Source: Candidatus Omnitrophica bacterium UBA6215
GTDB lineage: Bacteria; Omnitrophota; Gorgyraeia; Pluralincolimonadales; Pluralincolimonadaceae
DNA: 64,000 nt
Assembly (NCBI GenBank): GCA_002421665.1
Contig: DISH01000004.1
Coordinates: 381,900-445,899, forward strand
Reading direction: 5' to 3'
Shown: in pieces, positions 28,415 through 37,500 of the stretch
How positions within the stretch are numbered: position 1 is the first letter of the stretch
Layout: each line of letters opens with the position of its first letter
Position numbers and translations under genes: made by a program
Notes under the pieces: model-generated
What the model was told of the DNA's origin: nothing
The model's input: the letters and a program-made list of their open reading frames with translations, nothing else
Database searches by the model: none

Positions 28415-30400
28415 ATGATCCTGCCGAGCGGTCTGTTCGCCAACAAGGACCCGGTCGCAGAAGAAGGGTTCTCCTGTTCCCGTACTTTCGGAAAAGGAGG
28501 AATACTTTCAAAGGTTTTCCGGGATTATGAGTTCAGGCCGCAGCAGAAAGAGATGGCCGAATCCGTGGAAAGGGCAATCCGGGCAGCCCGCCATCTTATT
28601 GTCGAGGCCGGCACCGGGGTCGGAAAATCGTTCGCATATCTTGTGCCCGCGGCTGATTTTGCTATAAACTCAGGCAGGAAAACCGTCATATCTACCGATA
28701 CCATCAGCCTGCAGGAGCAGCTTGTAAGAAAAGACCTTCCTCTTGTTTCGAGGATACTTCCGGACGAATTTAAGTTCTGCCTGGTGAAGGGCCGGTCCAA
28801 TTATCTTTGCCTTAGGAGGCTCAACAGGGTCTTCTCCTCGAAGAATGACCTCTTCGATTCAAAACAGGAGGCCGGGGAGGTGGGTGATATACTCGCGTGG
28901 TCAAAAGTCACTACTGACGGCTCCCTATCGGACTTTGCCGCTGAACCTTCGCGCAAGGTATGGGAAAAAGTATGTTGCGAACACGATACCTGCCTGAGCA
29001 AGAAATGTCCGCACAGGAACGAATGTTTCCTTATGCAAGCCCGCCGGAACATGCAGGAATCCGACCTGATAGTCGTGAACCATCACCTGTTCTTCTCCGA
29101 CCTGGCTCTGCGCAAATCCGACTGGGCCCTGCTGCCTGATTATTCATGCGTGATATTCGATGAGGCCCATACCATCGAGGATGTCGCGACAGAACATCTG
29201 GGCTTTGAGGTATCTAATTACAAAGTAAAATATCTTTTGGACTCCCTTTACAACCCCTCAAAAAAGAAAGGGTTCCTTGTATCGGTAAAGAATAGCTCTC
29301 TTAAAAGAACGGTAACTGCTGTCCGTGAAGCTTCGGAAAATTTCTTCGCGGATATCTCGGATTGGCTTGGCGCCTACGGCGTAAAAAGGGTAAGGGAACC
29401 GGGTTTTATAGATGACACGCTATCCGGACCCATGAAAGAACTTTACGAAAGCCTTAAAAAGGCCATGAAAGGTTCCCGCTCCAAGGATGAAGAACTGGAT
29501 TTCAGGTACTATATGAATAGGCTGGAAGGATTATCCCAGGAATTGGAGATCTTCATGGACCAGAAATTGGGAGATTATGTTTATTGGTCCGAAGTATCGG
29601 GCAGCAGGTCCCGCAGGACGGCGCTCGATTGCGCTCCGGTCAATATAGCCGCGGCTCTAAGGGAAAACCTTTTCTCGAAGACAGGGACCGTGATCCTTAC
29701 AAGCGCTACCCTGTCAACCGAAGGTAATTTTGAATATATAAAGGGCAGGCTCGGCCTCGATAAGTGCTCGGAAAAACTGCTCGGTTCGCCGTTCGATTAT
29801 GAGAATAACGTCAAGATATACATTCCCAGGAACATGCCGGACCCTAACGATTATGCAAAATACAAGACGGAGGCCGTAGCCAGGATAAAGGACTATGTAT
29901 CAAGGACCGAAGGCAGGGCATTCGTCCTTTTTACCAGTTACAGGTTTATGGACGATGCCTATAATGAGACGGCTGATTTTTTCGAGAATATGGGCATCCC
30001 GATACTTAAACAGGGCGCCGGTTTGCCCAGGACGAAGATGTTGGAAGCCTTCAAGCGGGACAAGGGCTCCGTGATATTCGGGGTGGACTCTTTCTGGACA
30101 GGCGTGGACGTACCCGGTGAAGCCCTCAGCAACGTAATAATAACAAAACTTCCTTTTGCCGTGCCTGACCACCCCATATCGGAAGCCAGGATGGAAAGGA
30201 TAAAGGAGGCGGGGGGAGATCCCTTCAACATGTACAGCCTCCCGCAGGCGATACTCAAGCTCAAACAGGGTTTCGGGAGGCTTATCCGCACGAAACTCGA
30301 TACCGGCATGGTCGTCATACTCGACAGCAGGATACTCCACAAACCTTACGGAAGAAAGTTTTTGTCGGCGCTGCCTAATTGTGAGATAATAATCCAATGA
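28415..30400 (+). CDS. dinG: ATP-dependent DNA helicase, DinG/Rad3 (XPD) family with Fe-S cluster
   Basis: Walker A GTGVGKS, DEAH box (VIFDEAHTIED), four-Cys Fe-S insertion (CCEHDTCLSKKCPHRNEC) and helicase C_2 domain. Confidence 0.85.
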   Translation: MILPSGLFANKDPVAEEGFSCSRTFGKGGILSKVFRDYEFRPQQKEMAESVERAIRAARHLIVEAGTGVGKSFAYLVPAADFAINSGRKTVISTDTISLQEQLVRKDLPLVSRILPDEFKFCLVKGRSNYLCLRRLNRVFSSKNDLFDSKQEAGEVGDILAWSKVTTDGSLSDFAAEPSRKVWEKVCCEHDTCLSKKCPHRNECFLMQARRNMQESDLIVVNHHLFFSDLALRKSDWALLPDYSCVIFDEAHTIEDVATEHLGFEVSNYKVKYLLDSLYNPSKKKGFLVSVKNSSLKRTVTAVREASENFFADISDWLGAYGVKRVREPGFIDDTLSGPMKELYESLKKAMKGSRSKDEELDFRYYMNRLEGLSQELEIFMDQKLGDYVYWSEVSGSRSRRTALDCAPVNIAAALRENLFSKTGTVILTSATLSTEGNFEYIKGRLGLDKCSEKLLGSPFDYENNVKIYIPRNMPDPNDYAKYKTEAVARIKDYVSRTEGRAFVLFTSYRFMDDAYNETADFFENMGIPILKQGAGLPRTKMLEAFKRDKGSVIFGVDSFWTGVDVPGEALSNVIITKLPFAVPDHPISEARMERIKEAGGDPFNMYSLPQAILKLKQGFGRLIRTKLDTGMVVILDSRILHKPYGRKFLSALPNCEIIIQ

Positions 30401-32295
30401 TGAAGAAACACGGCGGGATAATTATAGGGCTCATTTGCGCTGTTGCCATAGCCATACCTTACTTCCTGGGGTTTTTTGAGCTTGCGGAATACCAGGGACT
30501 CGATCTCCTGTTCAAGGTACGCGGGCCAAGGCAGGTCAGCCAGGATATAGTTATCGTGGAAATAGACGACAGGGCAATAAATGATTTCGGCCGGTGGCCG
30601 TGGCCGAGAGGCTATCACGCCGAGTTCCTGGACATGATAGAAGAATTCGAGCCGAAAGCCGTCGTCTTTGATATCCTTTTCAGCGAAAAAGATGCGGAAC
30701 ACCCTGATGATGACATGCAGCTCGCTGCTATGACGAAGAAGCTGGGGAACGTATTCTTCGCCTCGTTCTTTGACTTAAGCAGTGACAAAGTTGCCAAGAG
30801 AAAGAACCTCAGGGCCCATAAGGAAACTATACCTTTCAAGATTCTGGCGGATAACGCCAGGGGATTCGGCTTCGTGAATATACTGGTGGAACCCGACGGG
30901 AAAGTAAGGAAAATACCTCTTTTTATCTCGCGTGACGGGCAGCTCAAACCCTCGATAGACATTCTTGCCGCCTCATATTTCACGGAATCGGACCCTTTTA
31001 AGCTATACGCCCCGACTGACGGAAAAGGGTTTATGTGGATCAATTATCCCGGGTCATTCGACCTTTTCAAGAAAATATCCTTCTCTGATATACCCATATC
31101 CATAGATCAGATGGAAAGAGGGGAGGAACCCGCCTTAAACCTCAATATACTCAAGGGAAAGATAGTCCTCGTTGGTTTAACCTCTACGGCATCAGAGGAT
31201 TACTGGTCGACATCTTTCTCGGCCCTATACCCCGGGGTAGGCATAAGAGCAAGCTCTATCGATACCATGCTCAGGAAAGATTATCTTTACCGCATATTCG
31301 TACCGGAGGTATGCCTTATTATCGTGGCTATAGGCCTGGCATTCGGTATCGTACTTCCGAAACGTACTCCCATGCAGGGGCTCATCTTCTTCTTTGTGAT
31401 TATTGCCGGAGTATCTGCCCTTGCAATAATAGATTTTGCGTTTTTTAACATCTGGATGGATTTTGTGTCGATAATCATCCTTTGCTTAATAGCCTATCCT
31501 GCCATAACCTTGAACCAATTCATAATAACCCGGTTCGAAAAAGGTATGATCGAGAAGGAACTGCAGATAGCCAGCCGTATACAGCAATCCATATTGCCGC
31601 AGGGCCTGCCACAGGTCCCCGGAGTGGATGTCGGCGTCAAATGCATGCCCGCGAAACATGTAGGAGGGGATTTTTACGATTTCATCAAGCTCTTCTATGA
31701 TTTTGTAAAGTTAAAAGAGGACAGGCTGGGGGTAGTAATAGGCGATGTCTCCGGCAAAGGCGTTCCTGCCGCTCTTTTTATGGCAAAATCCATGGCGGAT
31801 TTCAGAGGCATTTCCCATAATTTTAACGAAACTGACCGGGCGCTTTCCGCCATAAACGACAGGCTTACGGAAGAAGGTGTTTCAGGCATGTTCGTGACTA
31901 TGCAGTACCTGATCTATAAACCCCGGGAACGCAAGATAGAATATTCAAACGGAGGGCATAACCCGCTGGTAAAAGTAGACGCCGCAGGCAATGCCTTCCT
32001 CTTGACCCTGTCCGTGGGTACCCCTATAGGCATAATACCGGGATCTGATTTTACCTCAGACGAATTTCCGGTAGCAGCTGGAGAGCTTTTCCTGATGTAT
32101 ACTGACGGCATTTCTGAGGCAAGGGACAAGAACGGCAAGGAGTTTGGCGAAGACAGGATATTGGAAAGCGCCAAAAAATACAGGAATGGCAAAGCGCAGG
32201 AAATTGCAGATAAAATAGTAGCGGATGTCGTAGAATTCAGCAGGGGGATGCCCCAGCACGACGATATGACGGTAATCGCGCTGAAGATATTATGA
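30397..32295 (+). CDS. CHASE2 sensor domain / PP2C (SpoIIE-type) serine phosphatase membrane protein
   Basis: N-terminal TM + CHASE2 (IVIVEIDDRAINDFGRWPWPRGYHAEFL), central multi-TM block, C-terminal PP2C domain (GDFYDF, VVIGDVSGKGVPAALFMA, MYTDGISEA, HDDMTVIAL). Confidence 0.75.
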   Translation: MMKKHGGIIIGLICAVAIAIPYFLGFFELAEYQGLDLLFKVRGPRQVSQDIVIVEIDDRAINDFGRWPWPRGYHAEFLDMIEEFEPKAVVFDILFSEKDAEHPDDDMQLAAMTKKLGNVFFASFFDLSSDKVAKRKNLRAHKETIPFKILADNARGFGFVNILVEPDGKVRKIPLFISRDGQLKPSIDILAASYFTESDPFKLYAPTDGKGFMWINYPGSFDLFKKISFSDIPISIDQMERGEEPALNLNILKGKIVLVGLTSTASEDYWSTSFSALYPGVGIRASSIDTMLRKDYLYRIFVPEVCLIIVAIGLAFGIVLPKRTPMQGLIFFFVIIAGVSALAIIDFAFFNIWMDFVSIIILCLIAYPAITLNQFIITRFEKGMIEKELQIASRIQQSILPQGLPQVPGVDVGVKCMPAKHVGGDFYDFIKLFYDFVKLKEDRLGVVIGDVSGKGVPAALFMAKSMADFRGISHNFNETDRALSAINDRLTEEGVSGMFVTMQYLIYKPRERKIEYSNGGHNPLVKVDAAGNAFLLTLSVGTPIGIIPGSDFTSDEFPVAAGELFLMYTDGISEARDKNGKEFGEDRILESAKKYRNGKAQEIADKIVADVVEFSRGMPQHDDMTVIALKIL

Positions 32296-32808
32296 GAGAT
32301 GCCTTCTTTTTATCAAACGCCTCGCGCCAAGAACGGATCCGCCCGCGACAAAAAGAATTGTGCTGATCGGCTCGGGGACGGAAGTGGGGGAGCCCGCGAT
32401 ATTGAACCAGGTCGAACCTTCACCTGAATCAAGGACCTGGGAAGACCCTATCCTAAAATAATACCAATCGGCGTCAATTGTCCATTTACCCGCGTTCGAA
32501 GGGTCGGACCAGTCGTAAGTACCCGACAAGTCTATCCAGTATGTTTGCTTGAGCCCGTAGCTGCTATCTTCCGCTTTTAGCGAAGAACCCAGGTACCAAT
32601 CTGATTCAACCCTTGATGTCCAATAACCTTCCGGAGCTTCGGGAAGTTTAACATATAAATAGGGAATCTCCCCGAGCTTAAAATCCCAGTTAGGTTCGGT
32701 AGCCATCTCGCTCTTAACCGGATAGATCACTATCCCGCTGTCGGCGAAAGATATGCAGGGGAAAAGAAAAAACATAACCGCTACTGCGCTTATCAAGATC
32801 TTATTCAT
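32290..32808 (-). CDS. small secreted aromatic-rich protein with C-terminal PEP-CTERM sorting signal
   Basis: Signal peptide. C-terminus VPEP-ISTILFVAGGSVLGA-RRLIKRR matches PEP, a hydrophobic span and an Arg-rich tail. Mature part is W/Y/D/S-rich. Confidence 0.6.
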   Translation of the reverse strand: MNKILISAVAVMFFLFPCISFADSGIVIYPVKSEMATEPNWDFKLGEIPYLYVKLPEAPEGYWTSRVESDWYLGSSLKAEDSSYGLKQTYWIDLSGTYDWSDPSNAGKWTIDADWYYFRIGSSQVLDSGEGSTWFNIAGSPTSVPEPISTILFVAGGSVLGARRLIKRRHLS

Positions 32809-32865
32809 TCAAGGCCTCATTTATTGGTATGAAATATACTGATATAGTAGGCTATAAATTGCGGA

Positions 32866-32890
32866 ATGTCAAGTTATTTTACCTTGACAT
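32866..32890. promoter_or_regulatory. palindromic operator-like site ATGTCAAG-(9 nt)-CTTGACAT overlapping the -35 box. A third TGTCAA half-site lies at 32897-32902.
   Basis: Perfect 8-bp inverted repeat read directly from the sequence, in the divergent intergenic region between the PEP-CTERM gene and the TPR-barrel gene. Confidence 0.45.
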
Positions 32891-32912
32891 AATATATGTC
32901 AAATGATATACT
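32884..32912 (+). promoter_or_regulatory. sigma70 promoter TTGACA, 17 nt spacer, TATACT, driving the TPR-barrel / giant protein / SurA-N-like cassette
   Basis: TTGACA at 32884-32889 and TATACT at 32907-32912, ~75 nt upstream of the ATG at 32986. Confidence 0.5.
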
Positions 32913-32985
32913 TATCACATTGTAAATCAAACTTCTGATATCTTCTTTAAAAACAAACCTAAGTTAACCAAAAGGGGTTCCCGTA

Positions 32986-34503
32986 ATGCCGGTAAGGTCC
33001 AAGTCTACGGTGGTAGTTTTGGTAATTTTGTCAACGCTTTTTTCCATTATCCCTCTACAACAGGCCTGTTGCGAAACAAATCCCGACATAGAACAAGGTG
33101 TAAAACTTTACAGGCAGGAAAATTTTGATGAAGCTGTGCCCATATTACAAAAGGCCAGGAAAGAAAACCCCGATTCCTCGCTGGCCGCGTATTACCTGGG
33201 TATTACTTACAAGCAGCTTCAGGATTACAGGCAGGCCAGATCACAGCTCATTGACGCCGTCACGCTTACTCCCCGTATAAAAGAAGCTTTGGTCGAGCTG
33301 ATAGATGTAATGTACCAGCTGGGGGATTTCAAGGGAGCGAAAGAATATATTGAAATTGCAGAGAGGGAAAATATCAAACCTGCGCAGGTTGCTTTCCTTA
33401 AAGGCCTTGTCCTCCTGAAAGACGGAGAGGCAGCCGATGCCATAACAGCTTTCGAACAGGCAAAAGGCCTGGATAACTCCTTAACCCAGGCCGCTGATTA
33501 CCAAATCGGCATCGCGAATTTAAAAGAAAAGAATTATAAGGACGCCAAGAAGGTTTTCCAGGAGATAATAATACTCGATCCTAATTCCGACCTCGCGGGC
33601 CTGTCATATGAATATATGGATGCCCTGAAGCGCAAGGAGGAGGCCGAGAGGCCGTTCAGGGCCACGCTTAACGTCTCGGGCCAATACGACACTAATGTAT
33701 TGCTGAAGCCGGGAGACGATACCGTAGCTACCGGGATAACCAATGAAAGCGACTGGAGGGAAGTAACTAATTTCATGGGCCAATACAGGCAGAAGATCGG
33801 AGAAAAATTCGGCATAGACAGCCAGTATTCGATGTACTGGGCCCACCAGAACAAGATCGGCGCGTACGATGTCATGAGCCATACCGTGACGGTAACGCCC
33901 AACTATTACATAAAGAACGGGACTATCGGTGTGGCTGCCGGCTACAACTACACTGATGTCGGAGAATCCAAATATATGACTACTATTACCGCCAGCCCGG
34001 TCGTTAACTACGTTATCAGGAATAACCATATGCTTCAGGCGAATTTCAAGTACCAGAAGAAAGATTTCGCAAGGGAATCTTTCATTGACGATGAGAACAG
34101 GGATTCCAATGATTATGGCGGAGGTTTGGGCTATTTCTTTTTCTTTGCCCAGAACAAGGGTTTCTTCGGGCTGCACTATGGTTTAAATAAGGAAGATACC
34201 AAAGGGCGGAACTGGGAGTATCTCGGCAACAGGATCACCGCCACGGCATTGATACCTTTCCTTAAGAAATTCAGATTGAGTCTCGCCGGCGATGTTTTAC
34301 TCCAGGATTTCTCCAACACGAACAGTATATTTAATGTTAAACGTAATGATGAGACCTATACGGCATCTTCCATGCTCGGTTATACATTTTGGAAAGAGGC
34401 GGAACTGCAGTTCAGGTATACGTACATAAAGGACCATTCAAATATAAAAGTATATGATTATGACAGAAGCATCTACAGCGTTGGGATCGAGTATAAATTT
34501 TAA
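32986..34503 (+). CDS. outer-membrane protein with N-terminal TPR domain and C-terminal beta-barrel (Slam/DUF560-like architecture)
   Basis: Signal peptide, ~190 aa of TPR-like repeats (AAYYLGITYKQLQDYRQA..., VAFLKGLVLLKDGEAADAITAFEQA...), then ~290 aa of amphipathic beta strands ending in the canonical OMP beta-signal (IYSVGIEYKF, alternating hydrophobics, terminal Phe). Confidence 0.6.
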   Translation: MPVRSKSTVVVLVILSTLFSIIPLQQACCETNPDIEQGVKLYRQENFDEAVPILQKARKENPDSSLAAYYLGITYKQLQDYRQARSQLIDAVTLTPRIKEALVELIDVMYQLGDFKGAKEYIEIAERENIKPAQVAFLKGLVLLKDGEAADAITAFEQAKGLDNSLTQAADYQIGIANLKEKNYKDAKKVFQEIIILDPNSDLAGLSYEYMDALKRKEEAERPFRATLNVSGQYDTNVLLKPGDDTVATGITNESDWREVTNFMGQYRQKIGEKFGIDSQYSMYWAHQNKIGAYDVMSHTVTVTPNYYIKNGTIGVAAGYNYTDVGESKYMTTITASPVVNYVIRNNHMLQANFKYQKKDFARESFIDDENRDSNDYGGGLGYFFFFAQNKGFFGLHYGLNKEDTKGRNWEYLGNRITATALIPFLKKFRLSLAGDVLLQDFSNTNSIFNVKRNDETYTASSMLGYTFWKEAELQFRYTYIKDHSNIKVYDYDRSIYSVGIEYKF

Positions 34504-34520
34504 CAGAGGAGACGCCTGAT

Positions 34521-37500
34521 ATGAAGAAATTTTGCGTAAAACTACTGGCCCTGGTAACGGTAATGGGAGGGATATTCCTTACCTGTTCACCGTATTCTCT
34601 CGCGGATGTTATCGGAAAAATATCCGCTACCGAGGGAAGGGTTGACCTGTTGAAATCCGGCGGCGATACCGCCTCCGAAGTCAGGGTCGGTGATTGCGTA
34701 TCCTCAGGGGACATACTAAGGACCAAGAGCGGATCCAAGGCGGAGATCGCCTTTACCGATACGTCCGTAGTCAGGTTATCCGAAAACACCAGGCTGGAGA
34801 TCACAGATTACGGTTTTGGTCCAGGCGGAAAAAGAGCTGACGCTGCCCTTTTTCTTGATAGGGGCAAGATCAGAGCTATACTCTCAAGATCAGCGGAAGG
34901 GAGCTTCGTGATCAACACCCCTAACGCTGCCGGAGCGGTAAAAGGTACGGATATAGTGGCGATATACCAGAGGTCTTCGACCTCAATCGCCGCGCTCAAC
35001 GGCAAAGTTTTGGTCTCAGGAATGTCACCCTCAGGTAAACCGGTTGAACTGACAAGCGGTCAAACATCCGTAATCTCCGGAGAGACAGCTCCAAGCGCGC
35101 CCAGAATACTGCTTTCCATGGAGATTAAAGCGCACGAATCAGATACGGGAATATCCAAAGGATCTATGGCGGCGGAAAAATCTTCCGATGATAAGATGAC
35201 TGCTGAAGGTTATAGCGCACCCGATGGTATGAAAGCCGTAGTAACAAAAACCGCCGGCGGCGTAAGGATAAAGAACCGCGGATCAATAACGTGGCATGAC
35301 GCCAGAGAAAATGAAGTCCTCGCCGCGGGTGATTCCGTAGAAACTAAGGATAACGGAAAGATAGAGATAAGACTTGAGAACGGTAACGTAATAACATTGC
35401 AGCAGAACTCCAGCCTTATAATTCAAAAACTTTCATCCGACAGCAAGACCGGCAATTACGAGAACCTTCTTGAGTCCGGCGGCGGAAAACTCCGGGCCCA
35501 GGTACAGAAGATAAAGGGCAATTCGAAGTTCGAGGTCAAGACCCCTAATGCAGTTGCTTGCGTTCGCGGTACGATAATGTACCTGAACATATTACCTGGC
35601 CTGACAAACTCATATTTCGAAGAAGGCAACGGAACGCTTCGAAATCTAATCTCGGGGACAGTAAAAGACGTCCCTATCGGAACGGGCGCTGCCGCGGACG
35701 GCAATGGTAATATATCGGACCCGGTCCCGCCAAGCGATGACCAGAAATCGCAATGGCACCAGGGTTGGGATGTCGGCGGTGAAGCCGAAGGCTATTCAGC
35801 TCCTTCCGGGGACTTGGGTCAGGGCGGCGACTCAGACAACAACAGCGGAGATACAGGTTTCCAGAACGTCGTTTTCGACGAAAAACCGGTAACGGATATT
35901 ATCGGCACTACGGAGAGCGGGGGCGGTCCGGGCGGCAGCGAAGGCGAAGGGGGCATAACTAACCCCTATATAACAGGAACTTCATCCGGCAGTTTCGGGT
36001 TCGTCGAACCGGACGAGTATAATAATTTTGACGCTGTTCTCTCCAGCAACACCGTATTATCTTCGCCGTGGGCCGGGCAACTCGATCTTCACGTAAGCGG
36101 CGAATTCATGAGTCCGGGATACAGGATATTCGAAGGCAATATCACCGCTGCGAGCGTTGATGGAGGTACGTCCTTCGGATGGGTAGGCGGCATAATGCAC
36201 AGTTGGGAAGGAATATTATCTTCTATATATATAGATCCTTCCGGCAGGGCAGGCAACCTGTTCGGGTATTTATCCGGTACGAACACCGTAGAAACCGGGA
36301 CCGGATCCTATTACGGCGATTTCTCGGGCAGCGGTGATATTTTTGTTATCCAGATGGCTCAATTAGAGGCTGGCATCGAGTATCCGGTAGAATACGGTGA
36401 AGGATATGGTGACCTGCGCTTGGCTTTCAATAACGGGAACGGCTTGTTCTACGCTGATTTCGACAGGCAGCTGGCCAGGATAGAGGGACAGGATTGGGGG
36501 ATCTGGAGGGATGCTTACCGCGGGAGTTATTATAATCCGGATAATTTGAATGAATGGATCGGAAATGCAGGCGGCCGTTACGGAGAAAAAGGTTATTTCT
36601 TCGCGACTGTCGAAGGCATTGACGATCTTGAGGGCGGAGTCAGGATGGACATGACCGGCGCCTATCTGGATATGTATACGCTTGGGGCATACTACGGCTC
36701 TATTCTCGCCGGCTATGGAGAAGGAACGGAAGGAATCGGGTTGGGCGGATATACTGAAGAAGCCCTTACCTCCAGCGCAATACACGGAAACTACAGTTAT
36801 TCGGGACAATTAAGCGGCATTTTAGGCACTACAGGCTCGCTTTGGTCTGGCAGTCCGTTCTATCTGACATCCATAGGCAATCTTGAGGATGAGTACGATG
36901 GCGAATTTGATAATTTTATATGGTATACCGATTTCATAAGCACCGACAACGATAACGAAAGATATACGGCCTACTCGGCGGAAGAAGGAATAGGCTCTTA
37001 CTACGGCACTACCTCAGGCGTAGGCAAAGACAACACCATGAAGGGGTTCAGCAGGTTCATCTATATAGATCCCTCCGGGTATGCCGGAGTATTCAAGGGA
37101 AGTGTTGACGGCGCTTATTCGCAGGCAATAGGCATGTATATTTTTGACGGAAAGGCCGCAAGAGATACCTCGGTGGATCCAGTGTTTGTAAGCCTGTCCC
37201 CGGAAGCCCTCAACTATTCCATATGGCTTAATTCCGGCGAAGGTAACCTTGAGGGTTATTATTCGGATGGAGGGCGCGTATATGGTTATGACAACCTCTA
37301 TTCAGCCTCAATCGCCGATTTCGGGAACGGGACAGCCCAGAACTGGGGTATTTATAACCAGCGGATAATCGGACAATCCTACATGGAACTCGCGGACGAC
37401 TTTTCCGCTAAGATGGGCGGCAAAGACAGTTTTGGTTGTTATAATCCTACGATAATGCACTATAATACATATAATTCCGGCGACGGGGCCTCTTATAGCT

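Noticed and set aside
27562-30400. HtpX-like M48 protease + DinG-like helicase + PilZ as a possible anti-phage defence island
   Set aside because: All three carry housekeeping hallmarks (canonical HtpX HExxH with 4 TM, DinG with Fe-S and no nuclease or effector fusion). They are translationally coupled to trpF, and no mobile-element genes flank them.
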